From an uncultured candidate division Zixibacteria bacterium (GTDB lineage: Bacteria; Zixibacteria; MSB-5A5; UBA10806; 4484-95): a stretch of 64,000 nucleotides of DNA. Below the pieces are notes generated by a model, which did no database searches, had not been told where the DNA came from, and saw nothing but the letters and a program-made list of their open reading frames with translations. A program made the translations under genes and the position numbers. Position 1 is the stretch's first letter. Each line of letters starts with the position of its first letter. Of this stretch, positions 40,927 to 49,074 are shown piece after piece. The DNA lies in NCBI GenBank assembly GCA_963668625.2, contig CAXXKA010000001.1:128001-192000 (forward strand), written 5' to 3'.

Positions 40927-42009
40927 ATGTCGGAGAATATGACAAAAAAGGAAGCCGCGGAGAAATTCACCCGCAATATGCTGCCCCAGGTTTCCCGGAC
41001 TTTTAACCTGGCTATAAAGTTTTTGCCCCAGAAACTCGGTAAACCGGTAGGCCTGGCCTATCTGCTGTGTCGTATCGCCGATACGTTCGAGGATTCGGCT
41101 GTGTTATCGCCGGGTGAACGTCAGGATATGCTGGGCAAATATGCCGGTCTTTTGGGTGGATATGGCAATTGCGATAAGGCATTGCTCGATGAAATACGGG
41201 GCTCATTTAAAAATAAACAGGCTAATTTCGAATCAGGCACATCCTCGTTTCCCGATCATATCCCCAGCGTAAATCTCGTTGAAAATCTCGACCAGGTACT
41301 TATAGCAGTGAACTCGATGCCGGATAGTTTCCGCGATCATATTTTTCCACGGGTGCAGGAGATGGCAACCGGGATGGCAAAATATACTACGCTTGCCAGC
41401 GGTGATCAGGCCAATGTCAAGTTTCTCAATGATGAATCCGACTGGGATAATTACTGCTATTATGTCGCCGGTACGGTTGGCCATATGCTAACCGATATTT
41501 TCTCCGACTACGCCGGTTTCTCGGAGGACACCCGAGCCAAGCTTCACCCGCTGGGCAGATCGTTCGGTCTCGGTTTGCAAAAAGTTAATGTCCTGAAAGA
41601 TGCCGTTATAGATACCAGCAGGGGAGTATGCTTTCTGCCGAAAACTTTCATCGAGCGGAATCATATCGCTTTTGGCAAGAAATCACTTCTCGATTTGCGG
41701 GGCGATATCACCGGGCTTGTTTTCGATGTCGTTAATATCTGCCACAGACATTTTCAGGATTCGCTCGAATATATCAGTATGATTCCCAAGAAACATTACG
41801 GTTTGAGGATGTTTTTAATCGTACCGATTATGTTGGCGGCCGCGACTCTTCGCCTGATTAGCGAATACCCCCATAAACTAGTCGATAAAGGTGATTTGAA
41901 ACTCGCCCGCTCCGAGGTCTGGAGCCTGGTGCGAAAGGCGTTCTTCCTGCGTTTCTCGGATCGTTTATTGACATATTCGTTTGCCAGAATCTATCCCGCT
42001 AATAACTAA
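40927..42009 (+). CDS. Squalene/phytoene synthase family protein
   Basis: VSRTF, YLLCRIADTFED, YCYYVAGTVG and GLGLQKVNVLKD motifs. Confidence 0.88.
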   Translation: MSENMTKKEAAEKFTRNMLPQVSRTFNLAIKFLPQKLGKPVGLAYLLCRIADTFEDSAVLSPGERQDMLGKYAGLLGGYGNCDKALLDEIRGSFKNKQANFESGTSSFPDHIPSVNLVENLDQVLIAVNSMPDSFRDHIFPRVQEMATGMAKYTTLASGDQANVKFLNDESDWDNYCYYVAGTVGHMLTDIFSDYAGFSEDTRAKLHPLGRSFGLGLQKVNVLKDAVIDTSRGVCFLPKTFIERNHIAFGKKSLLDLRGDITGLVFDVVNICHRHFQDSLEYISMIPKKHYGLRMFLIVPIMLAAATLRLISEYPHKLVDKGDLKLARSEVWSLVRKAFFLRFSDRLLTYSFARIYPANN

Positions 42010-42244
42010 ACCGGGTATATCGAGACGCCTGTCATTGCCGGGAGACGGTAGCGGTGTCTGTTTATGGGATATTCTCAATACCTCAGTAATTTGTATTCTA
42101 TCAATCTGCCATTCATGACGGGTAATCTTATTGCGAATAATTATTCGGAGGCATTTTCCGGGTTCGGCGCATATATGGGAATCTACAACCTGACTTATGA
42201 CTCGTGCCGATATCGGCGCATTCTACTACCATCAGTTATCTTTA

Positions 42245-42430
42245 ATTGATAACATAACCTCATTACCGCAAGGAGTCAAACTTCACCAGAACTGTCCCAA
42301 TCCGTCAATGTATCCTGCGGGCGAGCACACTATTCGTTTTAGCGGCGCGGATTTGAGCTCCGGAGTTTATCTATAAAGAATTCAGACGAAAAATTGCGAG
42401 ATTGCTAAAAAACTAACGCTGATAAAATAG
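42245..42430 (+). pseudogene. Decayed remnant of a T9SS-type C-terminal sorting domain
   Basis: Reads LPQGVKLHQNCPNPS-MYPAGEHTIRFSGADLSSGVYL*RIQTKNCEIAKKLTLIK*, with an internal TAA at 42374 and the CTD mid-section missing. Confidence 0.72.
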
Positions 42431-42592
42431 CCCTATCCGAGTGGTGATAACAAATTCATGTACTCAAACAAACCGTCAATCGGGCGGGGGAAAATCTTAT
42501 GTATGTTTATCGAGACAATAAATGCTTGACCTGGTTGTAGATTATATTATCTTCTTAACTAAGCGCGTTAAACCATCCTCAGGGAGGAAATT

Positions 42593-44170
42593 ATGAAGAG
42601 GTATAGAGTTTATTTTTTGATGGTACTGGTATTAACAATTATCACCTCGAGTGCTTACCCTATAAATACCAGACAACTGGATAACGGTGTGAAATATATC
42701 GCCAACCGTGTTATCGTGATGACTGATCCTGCATATTCTCATGATGTCGTTGCGGGCAATTTGCTAGCTATGGTTCAAGCGGATGATGATATCGTTAGTG
42801 TCGAGCCTTTTTACGATGGGATACTGAGGAAACAATCGATCAAGCAACTGGCCGACAGGTTATTTATTATCACAACCCGCGAGGATTCCGATTTATTCGC
42901 AGTTATCTCTCGCCTGGAAAACCGGGCTTGTATCCAATCGGCGGAGTTCCAGCCTATTCCCGATCTTTTATACACACCCGATGATCCTTATCTCTATCAA
43001 CAATGGCATTTAGAAAAAGTAGGAGCTTATATCGCCTGGGATTACGTTCGAGGCGAGCAAACCGAAAATGTCGTAATAGCTGTTAACGATGCCGGGATTA
43101 ATTACTACCATCCCGATATAGCGGCCAATATCTGGTACAACGAGAATGAGGATATAAACGGCATTGATGATGATGCTAACGGTTATATTGATGATTACAT
43201 GGGCTGGGATTTCGGCGAGGAAGACAACGACCCGATCGATCATCTCGGCCATGGTACGGGTGTAGCCGCCGCGATTGCCGAGGTTACCGATAACGCCACG
43301 ATGGGTGCCGGATTAGGTTATTCGACCCGACTGATGAATTTGAAGACCATTACCGATAACGGATACCTGGTTGAGGGTTATACCAGCATGTTTTACGCGG
43401 TTGAACAAAATGTGAGTATAATTAACATGTCCTGGGGTATGCCGGTTTATCGTGAATTCGAGCAAGCTATTGTCGATGCTCTCTGGGATGAGGGCGTTTT
43501 GATGATAGCCGCCGGCGGTGAGCGGGATGATCTAACTTATCCGGCTGCTTACAATCATGTTATGGCGGTCTCGGCAACCGATCAGGATGATCATATCGGA
43601 TATTTCGCGCCTTATGGCGAATATATCGATATTTGCGCTCCGGGCGTAGCTATCGGCTTGGCTTATTTCGAGGGTTTTTCTGTTATCACCGGTACCTCAT
43701 TTTCGGCGGGGATGGTTTCCGGGTTGGCCGGCCTGATCAAAGCTTACTATCCCGATTTTACCAACGAGCAGATCTGGCAGATGATTATCGATTCTGCCGA
43801 TCCCATCGATGATATCAATCCGGGTTATGAGGGGCTTATAGGCGCGGGACGGTTAAACGCGGCAAATTGCTTTACCACCGGCATTGAGGAAAACACGCGG
43901 CTACCTGAAAGTATAGCGTTGATTGAAAGCTACCCCAACCCGTTCAACGCCCAAACGCGCATGCGATTTCAGTTGATGAACACTGCCGATGTCGAGTTGA
44001 TTATATACGATATTCTTGGCCGCAAGGTGGAAATCCTGGAGCTAGGCGAGAGGCAAGCCGGCATGCATTCGGTAATCTGGGATGCCAAAGATAAATCATC
44101 AGGAGTGTATTTTGCCAGGTTATACTCCGGTGGGGAATCGGATATAGTGAAAATGGTATTATTGAAATAG
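42593..44170 (+). CDS. S8 subtilisin-like peptidase with T9SS-type CTD
   Basis: Triad motifs AVNDAG, HGTGVA, GTSFSA; C-terminal YPNPFNA...SSGVYF...KMVLLK. Confidence 0.9.
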   Translation: MKRYRVYFLMVLVLTIITSSAYPINTRQLDNGVKYIANRVIVMTDPAYSHDVVAGNLLAMVQADDDIVSVEPFYDGILRKQSIKQLADRLFIITTREDSDLFAVISRLENRACIQSAEFQPIPDLLYTPDDPYLYQQWHLEKVGAYIAWDYVRGEQTENVVIAVNDAGINYYHPDIAANIWYNENEDINGIDDDANGYIDDYMGWDFGEEDNDPIDHLGHGTGVAAAIAEVTDNATMGAGLGYSTRLMNLKTITDNGYLVEGYTSMFYAVEQNVSIINMSWGMPVYREFEQAIVDALWDEGVLMIAAGGERDDLTYPAAYNHVMAVSATDQDDHIGYFAPYGEYIDICAPGVAIGLAYFEGFSVITGTSFSAGMVSGLAGLIKAYYPDFTNEQIWQMIIDSADPIDDINPGYEGLIGAGRLNAANCFTTGIEENTRLPESIALIESYPNPFNAQTRMRFQLMNTADVELIIYDILGRKVEILELGERQAGMHSVIWDAKDKSSGVYFARLYSGGESDIVKMVLLK

Positions 44171-44192
44171 CATATCTATAGACAAGACTAAT

Positions 44193-44233
44193 AAAAGAGG
44201 GTTGCCTGGATATTACTGGCGGCCCTCCTTTTT
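44193..44233 (+). terminator. Intrinsic terminator
   Basis: GAGGGTTGCC / GGCGGCCCTC stem followed by a T-run. Confidence 0.65.
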
Positions 44234-44647
44234 GCCTTTTCTGGATACTACAATAGTTGTTTTCAACCATTCTCATGGATTTATTACACGATAATACATT
44301 TAAATATCTAATAATAGCTACTGTTTTGCACAGTAATTATTAGCTCCGCAAAATAACAGACCAGGACTAATATGATTTACATAAATGTTTATTAATCAGT
44401 GCATATTCTTTTTCGGGTTGACTGGAACAAATAGCTCCTCTATACTGTTTAATTATTAAGGAATCCGTTGTACAACAGTGAAATATGCGGTAGTTCTTTG
44501 GCATATAAAAGGCGGGGGCATTGGTCTATTCAAGGAATATCAGGGGCCTGTGATTGTATATATTATTGGAGGGAAAGGCTGGCTGACCGATATAAATAGA
44601 TAGACTGGAGGCAGTATTGATCCAATGTCACAATTTTATCGTAAAAT

Positions 44648-44755
44648 AGCCCGGAATGTGAAAGGTTTTGCAGAGGTTGTAAAAGCCTAACACACGCTCA
44701 AAACCTCCTTCAAGGAAATCAGGTGTTTCGCATTCCCGGGCTTTTTTATTTTTTC
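44648..44755 (+). ncRNA. Candidate structured RNA or attenuator ending in a U-tract
   Basis: AGCCCGGAATGTGAAA (44648-63) pairs with TTTCGCATTCCCGGGCT (44726-42) and encloses GGTTTTG/CAAAACC plus small hairpins. Confidence 0.45.
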
Positions 44756-44844
44756 TCAATTAATCTGTTGTAAAATAACACGTTACCCAAAAGGCGAATG
44801 TCTCGCCAGAAAATATCAAAAATATCACTTTCATTTATATATAT

Positions 44845-44860
44845 GGGCATGGCTTTTGCG
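44845..44860 (+). promoter_or_regulatory. Sigma-54 (-24/-12) promoter
   Basis: GGGCATGGCTTTTGCG fits GG-N10-GC with TTGC, about 40 nt before the ATG at 44902. Confidence 0.65.
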
Positions 44861-44901
44861 CTTTCTTAAGGGAAATCGTTCACGAGAGAAGGAGGCGGAG
44901 T

Positions 44902-45276
44902 ATGAAATGCTTTTTCCAGGGAGTTGTTAGAGACAACAATATCGAAACCCAGTTCAACAGCTTTGTAAGTTTCATCATACCCGAGCTTGGAATCAATTTC
45001 CGAGGCCAGTTTAAAGGCGACTATGAGGAATGCGAGTACGCCAGCCTTCTGGCCCTCCTGGAGTTCATTGAATTAAACAATCATCTCTTCAAAGATAAAC
45101 GAATCGAGATACTTGGCAATAACTACAGCGTAATCAGCCAGGTCAACTCGGTCGAGGAGCCCTCCACGGATTTGGAGCCGTTATGCAGTCTGGCGCAAAG
45201 CTATAAGAAGAAATTCCCGTTTATCCTGGACTGGATTCCTACCGAAGAAAATATGGCTCAGGATCGCTGGGTGTAG
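44902..45276 (+). CDS. Small protein with degenerate RNase HI-like motifs
   Basis: ECEYASLLALLE and IEILGNNYSVISQVN resemble AEYxAL and GDSxLVxxQ; strong AAGGAGG RBS. Confidence 0.6.
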   Translation: MKCFFQGVVRDNNIETQFNSFVSFIIPELGINFRGQFKGDYEECEYASLLALLEFIELNNHLFKDKRIEILGNNYSVISQVNSVEEPSTDLEPLCSLAQSYKKKFPFILDWIPTEENMAQDRWV

Positions 45277-45304
45277 CGTTTAAAATGAAAACCGGAAGCT
45301 TGTT

Positions 45305-45333
45305 TAAGGGTCATTCAATGGCCCTTATTTTTT
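45305..45333 (+). terminator. Intrinsic terminator
   Basis: TAAGGGTCATT-C-AATGGCCCTTA followed by TTTTTT. Confidence 0.75.
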
Positions 45334-45472
45334 GTTTATACTGTTTGACTAAACTCAAATACATGTTATATTTAAGTAGGGTAGAGAACTTAAGCTTCAT
45401 AGAAATGGTTTATTTAATTGGAAACAAAGGAGATGGTACGATAAAAGCATCTTGCTAATCTATTCTGTTGGT

Positions 45473-45645
45473 GTTAGAGCTTCGGTAATGAATTTCTAAC
45501 TGGAGCGGATAGGTTATAGGCTGAACTGAATGCTTGAGGCCAGACCTCGTAAAGGAGATTAATCAGACCTGTAACCGAATTGCCACCATAAGGCAAAGAC
45601 CTTGAATAGGAGTTTGGTAGGCGCCGACAGAGAGTCTGCTCCAGT
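45473..45645 (+). ncRNA. Putative bridge/seek RNA of the IS110 element
   Basis: 5' hairpin, basal stem 45499-509/45635-45, and two internal-loop domains carrying target (AAAGGAGAT) and donor (ATAGGAG, ACCAT) matches. Confidence 0.75.
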
Positions 45646-45670
45646 GATAACCATAGAATGGAGCAAGAAG

Positions 45671-46684
45671 ATGAGGTACTTAGGAGTAGACCTTCACACA
45701 AACAGTTTGACCGTGTGTTACCTGACAGCCGGTGGTCGGGAGAGGATCAAGGAGTATCGGCTAAAGGATCTAAAGGAATTTAAACGAGGATTAAAAAAGA
45801 CGGATTGTGTAGCGGTTGAGGCCACTGGCAACACTCGTTATTTCGTTGATGAGATATCGCATTTGGTCAAGCGAGTTGTTGTCGTCGATCCGAACAAATT
45901 TGAGATAATCAAATCATCAGTCAGTAAGACGGATGAAAACGATGCCAGGAACTTAGCCTATTTTATGAGCAAAGACATGTTGCCGAAAGCCCGATTAAAG
46001 ACGAAAGATAAAGCGCAGATCAGTTCACTTGTTGGGACACGGGACAAGCTGGTCAAGTTACGTACAGCTTTGAAGAATAAAATACACAACATACTCAATC
46101 ATCATGGTATCAAGAGTAAAAAGGAGGCCTACTCCAGCAACAAGAGTTTGGAGCGGGTTCTAAAGATGAATTTTGATGAGGTTGTTTCTGTTGAGCTTGA
46201 GGTATTGGTTGATCAGATTCGCAGTTTGAATGAGGGGATAAAAAAGCTGGACAAACAGATAGAGGATCAGGGTCGCAAGTTGAACGGGCATAAGAACCTG
46301 ACCAGCATCAAAGGAATCGGCAGCAAATCAGCTACAGTGTTGCTTTCGGTAATTGGTGATGTTGCTGATTTTTCGGACAAAGATAAATTGGCCTCATATT
46401 TTGGCGTAGTGCCGCGAGTTTCCAATTCAAACGAGATTCAGCATCATGGTCGGATTACCAAGCGTGGTTCTAAGATTGGTCGGACTACACTGGTGCAGTG
46501 TACGCTTGTTGCCATACGATATAACCATTACTTGAGTAAATATTACAATCGTATAAAAAACCGTCGTGGCAGCGGTAAGGCTATCATTGCCACAGCCAGA
46601 AAATTACTGGGAATAATCTATGACACCTTGAAAAATAATTGGGTGTTTGAAGATTTCCCTAACTTTGTGTTAGCAAACAGATAA
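45671..46684 (+). CDS. IS110-family DEDD transposase/recombinase
   Basis: YLGVDLH, AVEATG, KTDENDA, SIKGIG, ASYFGVVP and A.ARKL motifs; ATG at 45671 follows GGAG. Confidence 0.95.
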   Translation: MRYLGVDLHTNSLTVCYLTAGGRERIKEYRLKDLKEFKRGLKKTDCVAVEATGNTRYFVDEISHLVKRVVVVDPNKFEIIKSSVSKTDENDARNLAYFMSKDMLPKARLKTKDKAQISSLVGTRDKLVKLRTALKNKIHNILNHHGIKSKKEAYSSNKSLERVLKMNFDEVVSVELEVLVDQIRSLNEGIKKLDKQIEDQGRKLNGHKNLTSIKGIGSKSATVLLSVIGDVADFSDKDKLASYFGVVPRVSNSNEIQHHGRITKRGSKIGRTTLVQCTLVAIRYNHYLSKYYNRIKNRRGSGKAIIATARKLLGIIYDTLKNNWVFEDFPNFVLANR

Positions 46685-46721
46685 CTGAAATTTGGAGTAG
46701 ACTTTTATCATAGGAGATGAA

Positions 46722-48980
46722 ATGAAAAAATATCTATTGTTCGCGGTTGCTTTTAGCCTGATGCTTTCAGCATCCGCCATACATGCAAACGAGAATCCCT
46801 CATTGTTGCATGTTTACTTAATGAATAAAACCGATGTTATGAAGCTGGCCGATATGCCTCTGGATATTCCTTATTATACAGAGGATTATGTCGAGGTAGT
46901 TGCTTATAGTGATGATATCGCGGAAATAGCCGCGGCCGGATTGCATTATGATATAGTGCAGGAAGATATGGTTAGTTTCTATCAACAACGCAACCCGGTG
47001 ATTACCACGATGGGCGGATACCTGACCTATAGCGAAGTAGTGGACTCTCTTGATATGCTTCATATGCTTTATCCTGAACTGGTCTCCGAGAAATTTTCGA
47101 TCGGCCAGAGCTGGGAGGAGCGCGATCTGTGGGTGATCAAGGTTTCGGATAATGTCGATACCGATGAGGATGAGCCTGAGATTTTCTACAATGCATTAAT
47201 TCACGCTCGCGAACCTGCAAGTATGGCCTGGCAACTGAATTTCCTTTCCTGGCTTCTGGAAAATTATGGCATAGATGATGATGCTACCGAAATTCTGGAT
47301 GGACGTGAAATCTGGTTCCTGCCCGTTTTTAATCCGGATGGCTACGAATATAACCGTCAGACCAACCCTAACGGCGGCGGCATGTGGCGTAAAAACAGAC
47401 GTTCCGGTGGCGGAGTTGACTTGAACCGTAACTGGGGCTACATGTGGGGCTATGATGATGACGGCTCTTCGCCTTATTCCAGTGATGAAACCTATCGAGG
47501 CCCGGCGGCGTTTTCGGAACCCGAGACTCAAGCTGTCAGAGATTTCATTACCGGCCGCGATTTCAGTTTCATTATAAACGCGCATACTTATGGCAACTGG
47601 TGGTTGTATCCTTACGGCTATGATGATATTTATACTCCCGATCAGTCGATTTTCAGCGCTATCGGCGACTCCGTCGAAACGTTGACCGGTGGCGATTACA
47701 GACCCGGTACCGCCTGGGAATGTTTATACAATACCAATGGTGATGCCAACGACTGGCAGTACGGCGAACTCGGCCTGTTTTGTGCCACCCCCGAAACCGG
47801 CAATTCCTCGGATGGATTTTGGCCGGCGTCGTATCGTATAAATCCACTTAACGCCCAGATGTTACCCGTAGCTATCTATATCGCTCAGATTGCCGGAAAT
47901 GTCGAGACAATCTCGGCGCCGACCGCGCCCGTCTTGAACCCCATCGGCCAGCTCGATACATCATCGTATACCGTAAGTTGGACGCATGAGGATGAGGATA
48001 ATCCGGCTGTGGCTTATGAACTGGTCGAGAAATCGGGATATCTCAGAACCGAAGACGATATCGAATCGGGTGATGGTTTGTGGGAGTTCGATGGTTACGG
48101 AATCAGTACCAGCCGTTATCACTCCTCTAACCATAGTATATTTTCCGGGAATGAGAACTCATACCACGGCAGCGCTATTTTGGCTGATGAGCTGAACGTT
48201 TTAGATGATGACACTCTGTCGTTCTGGGTTTGGTTCGATGTCGAGGAAGATTTCGACTATGGCTATGTTGAAATTTCCACCGATGGCGGGGCTATTTTCA
48301 CACCGATCGAGGGAAATATAACCACTAATTACGATCCTAACGGCTCCAACCGGGGTAATGGTATAACCGGCTCCTCCGCAGGTTGGATCGAGGCCTCGTT
48401 CCCGCTGGATGCTTACGCCGGTATGTCCGTCCAGATCAAATTCAGCTATGTTACCGATAGCTGGATGCTGGAGAGTGGTATATATATAGATGATGTTTAC
48501 CCGATTGAGACTTTCGAAAGCGAGATGGTTCTGGCCTCGGATATTGCAGATAACTTCTACGATATAACAGATCGGGAAAATGGTACTTATTTCTATCAGG
48601 TCCGGGCGAAAGATGCCGAGGATCAATGGTCGGGATTCTCCAATCGCGAGGCCGCTATTGTTGACGCTAACGTATCAATAGATGATAACAATCAGATTCC
48701 GGCCGAATTTAACCTGGCGCAGAATTACCCAAATCCGTTTAATGCCAGCACCGAAATTAGTTTTGCTTTATCGAGCGCCGGTTACATTACTCTCGAGGTT
48801 TACGATATCGCCGGCAGATTGGTAAGAACTCTCCTGAGCAGCGATATGACGGCAGGCGATCATACCGTAATATGGAACGGCTCGAATGATAACGCCGAAT
48901 CGGTTTCTTCCGGCATATATTTCTATAAGCTCACGACCGATCAAAAATCGGAAACCAGGCGGATGACCTTACTCAAGTAA
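46722..48980 (+). CDS. M14 zinc carboxypeptidase (carboxypeptidase T-like) with InhA/MAM-like domain and T9SS-type CTD
   Basis: HAREP, WRKNR, GVDLNRN, FSEPET, HTYG and QNYPNPFN...SGIYFYKL motifs. Confidence 0.92.
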   Translation: MKKYLLFAVAFSLMLSASAIHANENPSLLHVYLMNKTDVMKLADMPLDIPYYTEDYVEVVAYSDDIAEIAAAGLHYDIVQEDMVSFYQQRNPVITTMGGYLTYSEVVDSLDMLHMLYPELVSEKFSIGQSWEERDLWVIKVSDNVDTDEDEPEIFYNALIHAREPASMAWQLNFLSWLLENYGIDDDATEILDGREIWFLPVFNPDGYEYNRQTNPNGGGMWRKNRRSGGGVDLNRNWGYMWGYDDDGSSPYSSDETYRGPAAFSEPETQAVRDFITGRDFSFIINAHTYGNWWLYPYGYDDIYTPDQSIFSAIGDSVETLTGGDYRPGTAWECLYNTNGDANDWQYGELGLFCATPETGNSSDGFWPASYRINPLNAQMLPVAIYIAQIAGNVETISAPTAPVLNPIGQLDTSSYTVSWTHEDEDNPAVAYELVEKSGYLRTEDDIESGDGLWEFDGYGISTSRYHSSNHSIFSGNENSYHGSAILADELNVLDDDTLSFWVWFDVEEDFDYGYVEISTDGGAIFTPIEGNITTNYDPNGSNRGNGITGSSAGWIEASFPLDAYAGMSVQIKFSYVTDSWMLESGIYIDDVYPIETFESEMVLASDIADNFYDITDRENGTYFYQVRAKDAEDQWSGFSNREAAIVDANVSIDDNNQIPAEFNLAQNYPNPFNASTEISFALSSAGYITLEVYDIAGRLVRTLLSSDMTAGDHTVIWNGSNDNAESVSSGIYFYKLTTDQKSETRRMTLLK

Positions 48981-49000
48981 ACGGATAAATTAAGAATAAT

Positions 49001-49030
49001 AACGGAGCCTCTAACCCGGGCTCCGTTTTA
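49001..49030 (+). terminator. Intrinsic terminator
   Basis: AACGGAGCC / GGCTCCGTT stem followed by a T-rich tail. Confidence 0.7.
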
Positions 49031-49074
49031 TATTTGTATTGTCATAGAACTCGAATTGTATTAGTAATAGGATT

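Larger units (their letters stand above)
45428..46719 (+). mobile_element. IS110-family insertion sequence (~1.28 kb) inserted in the RBS of the downstream carboxypeptidase gene
   Basis: AGGAGATG at both junctions (45428-35, 46712-19); sub-terminal inverted repeats TACGATAAAAG / CTTTTATCATA; DEDD recombinase inside. Confidence 0.9.

Noticed and set aside
44498-44514. Second GG-N10-GC sigma-54 site (TGGCATATAAAAGGC)
   Set aside because: It lacks the TTGC -12 element and is too weak to call.
45602-45670. Longer TTG-started transposase as listed in the ORF track
   Set aside because: It overlaps the structured RNA. IS110 proteins begin just before the G(I/V)D motif, matching ATG 45671 and its RBS.
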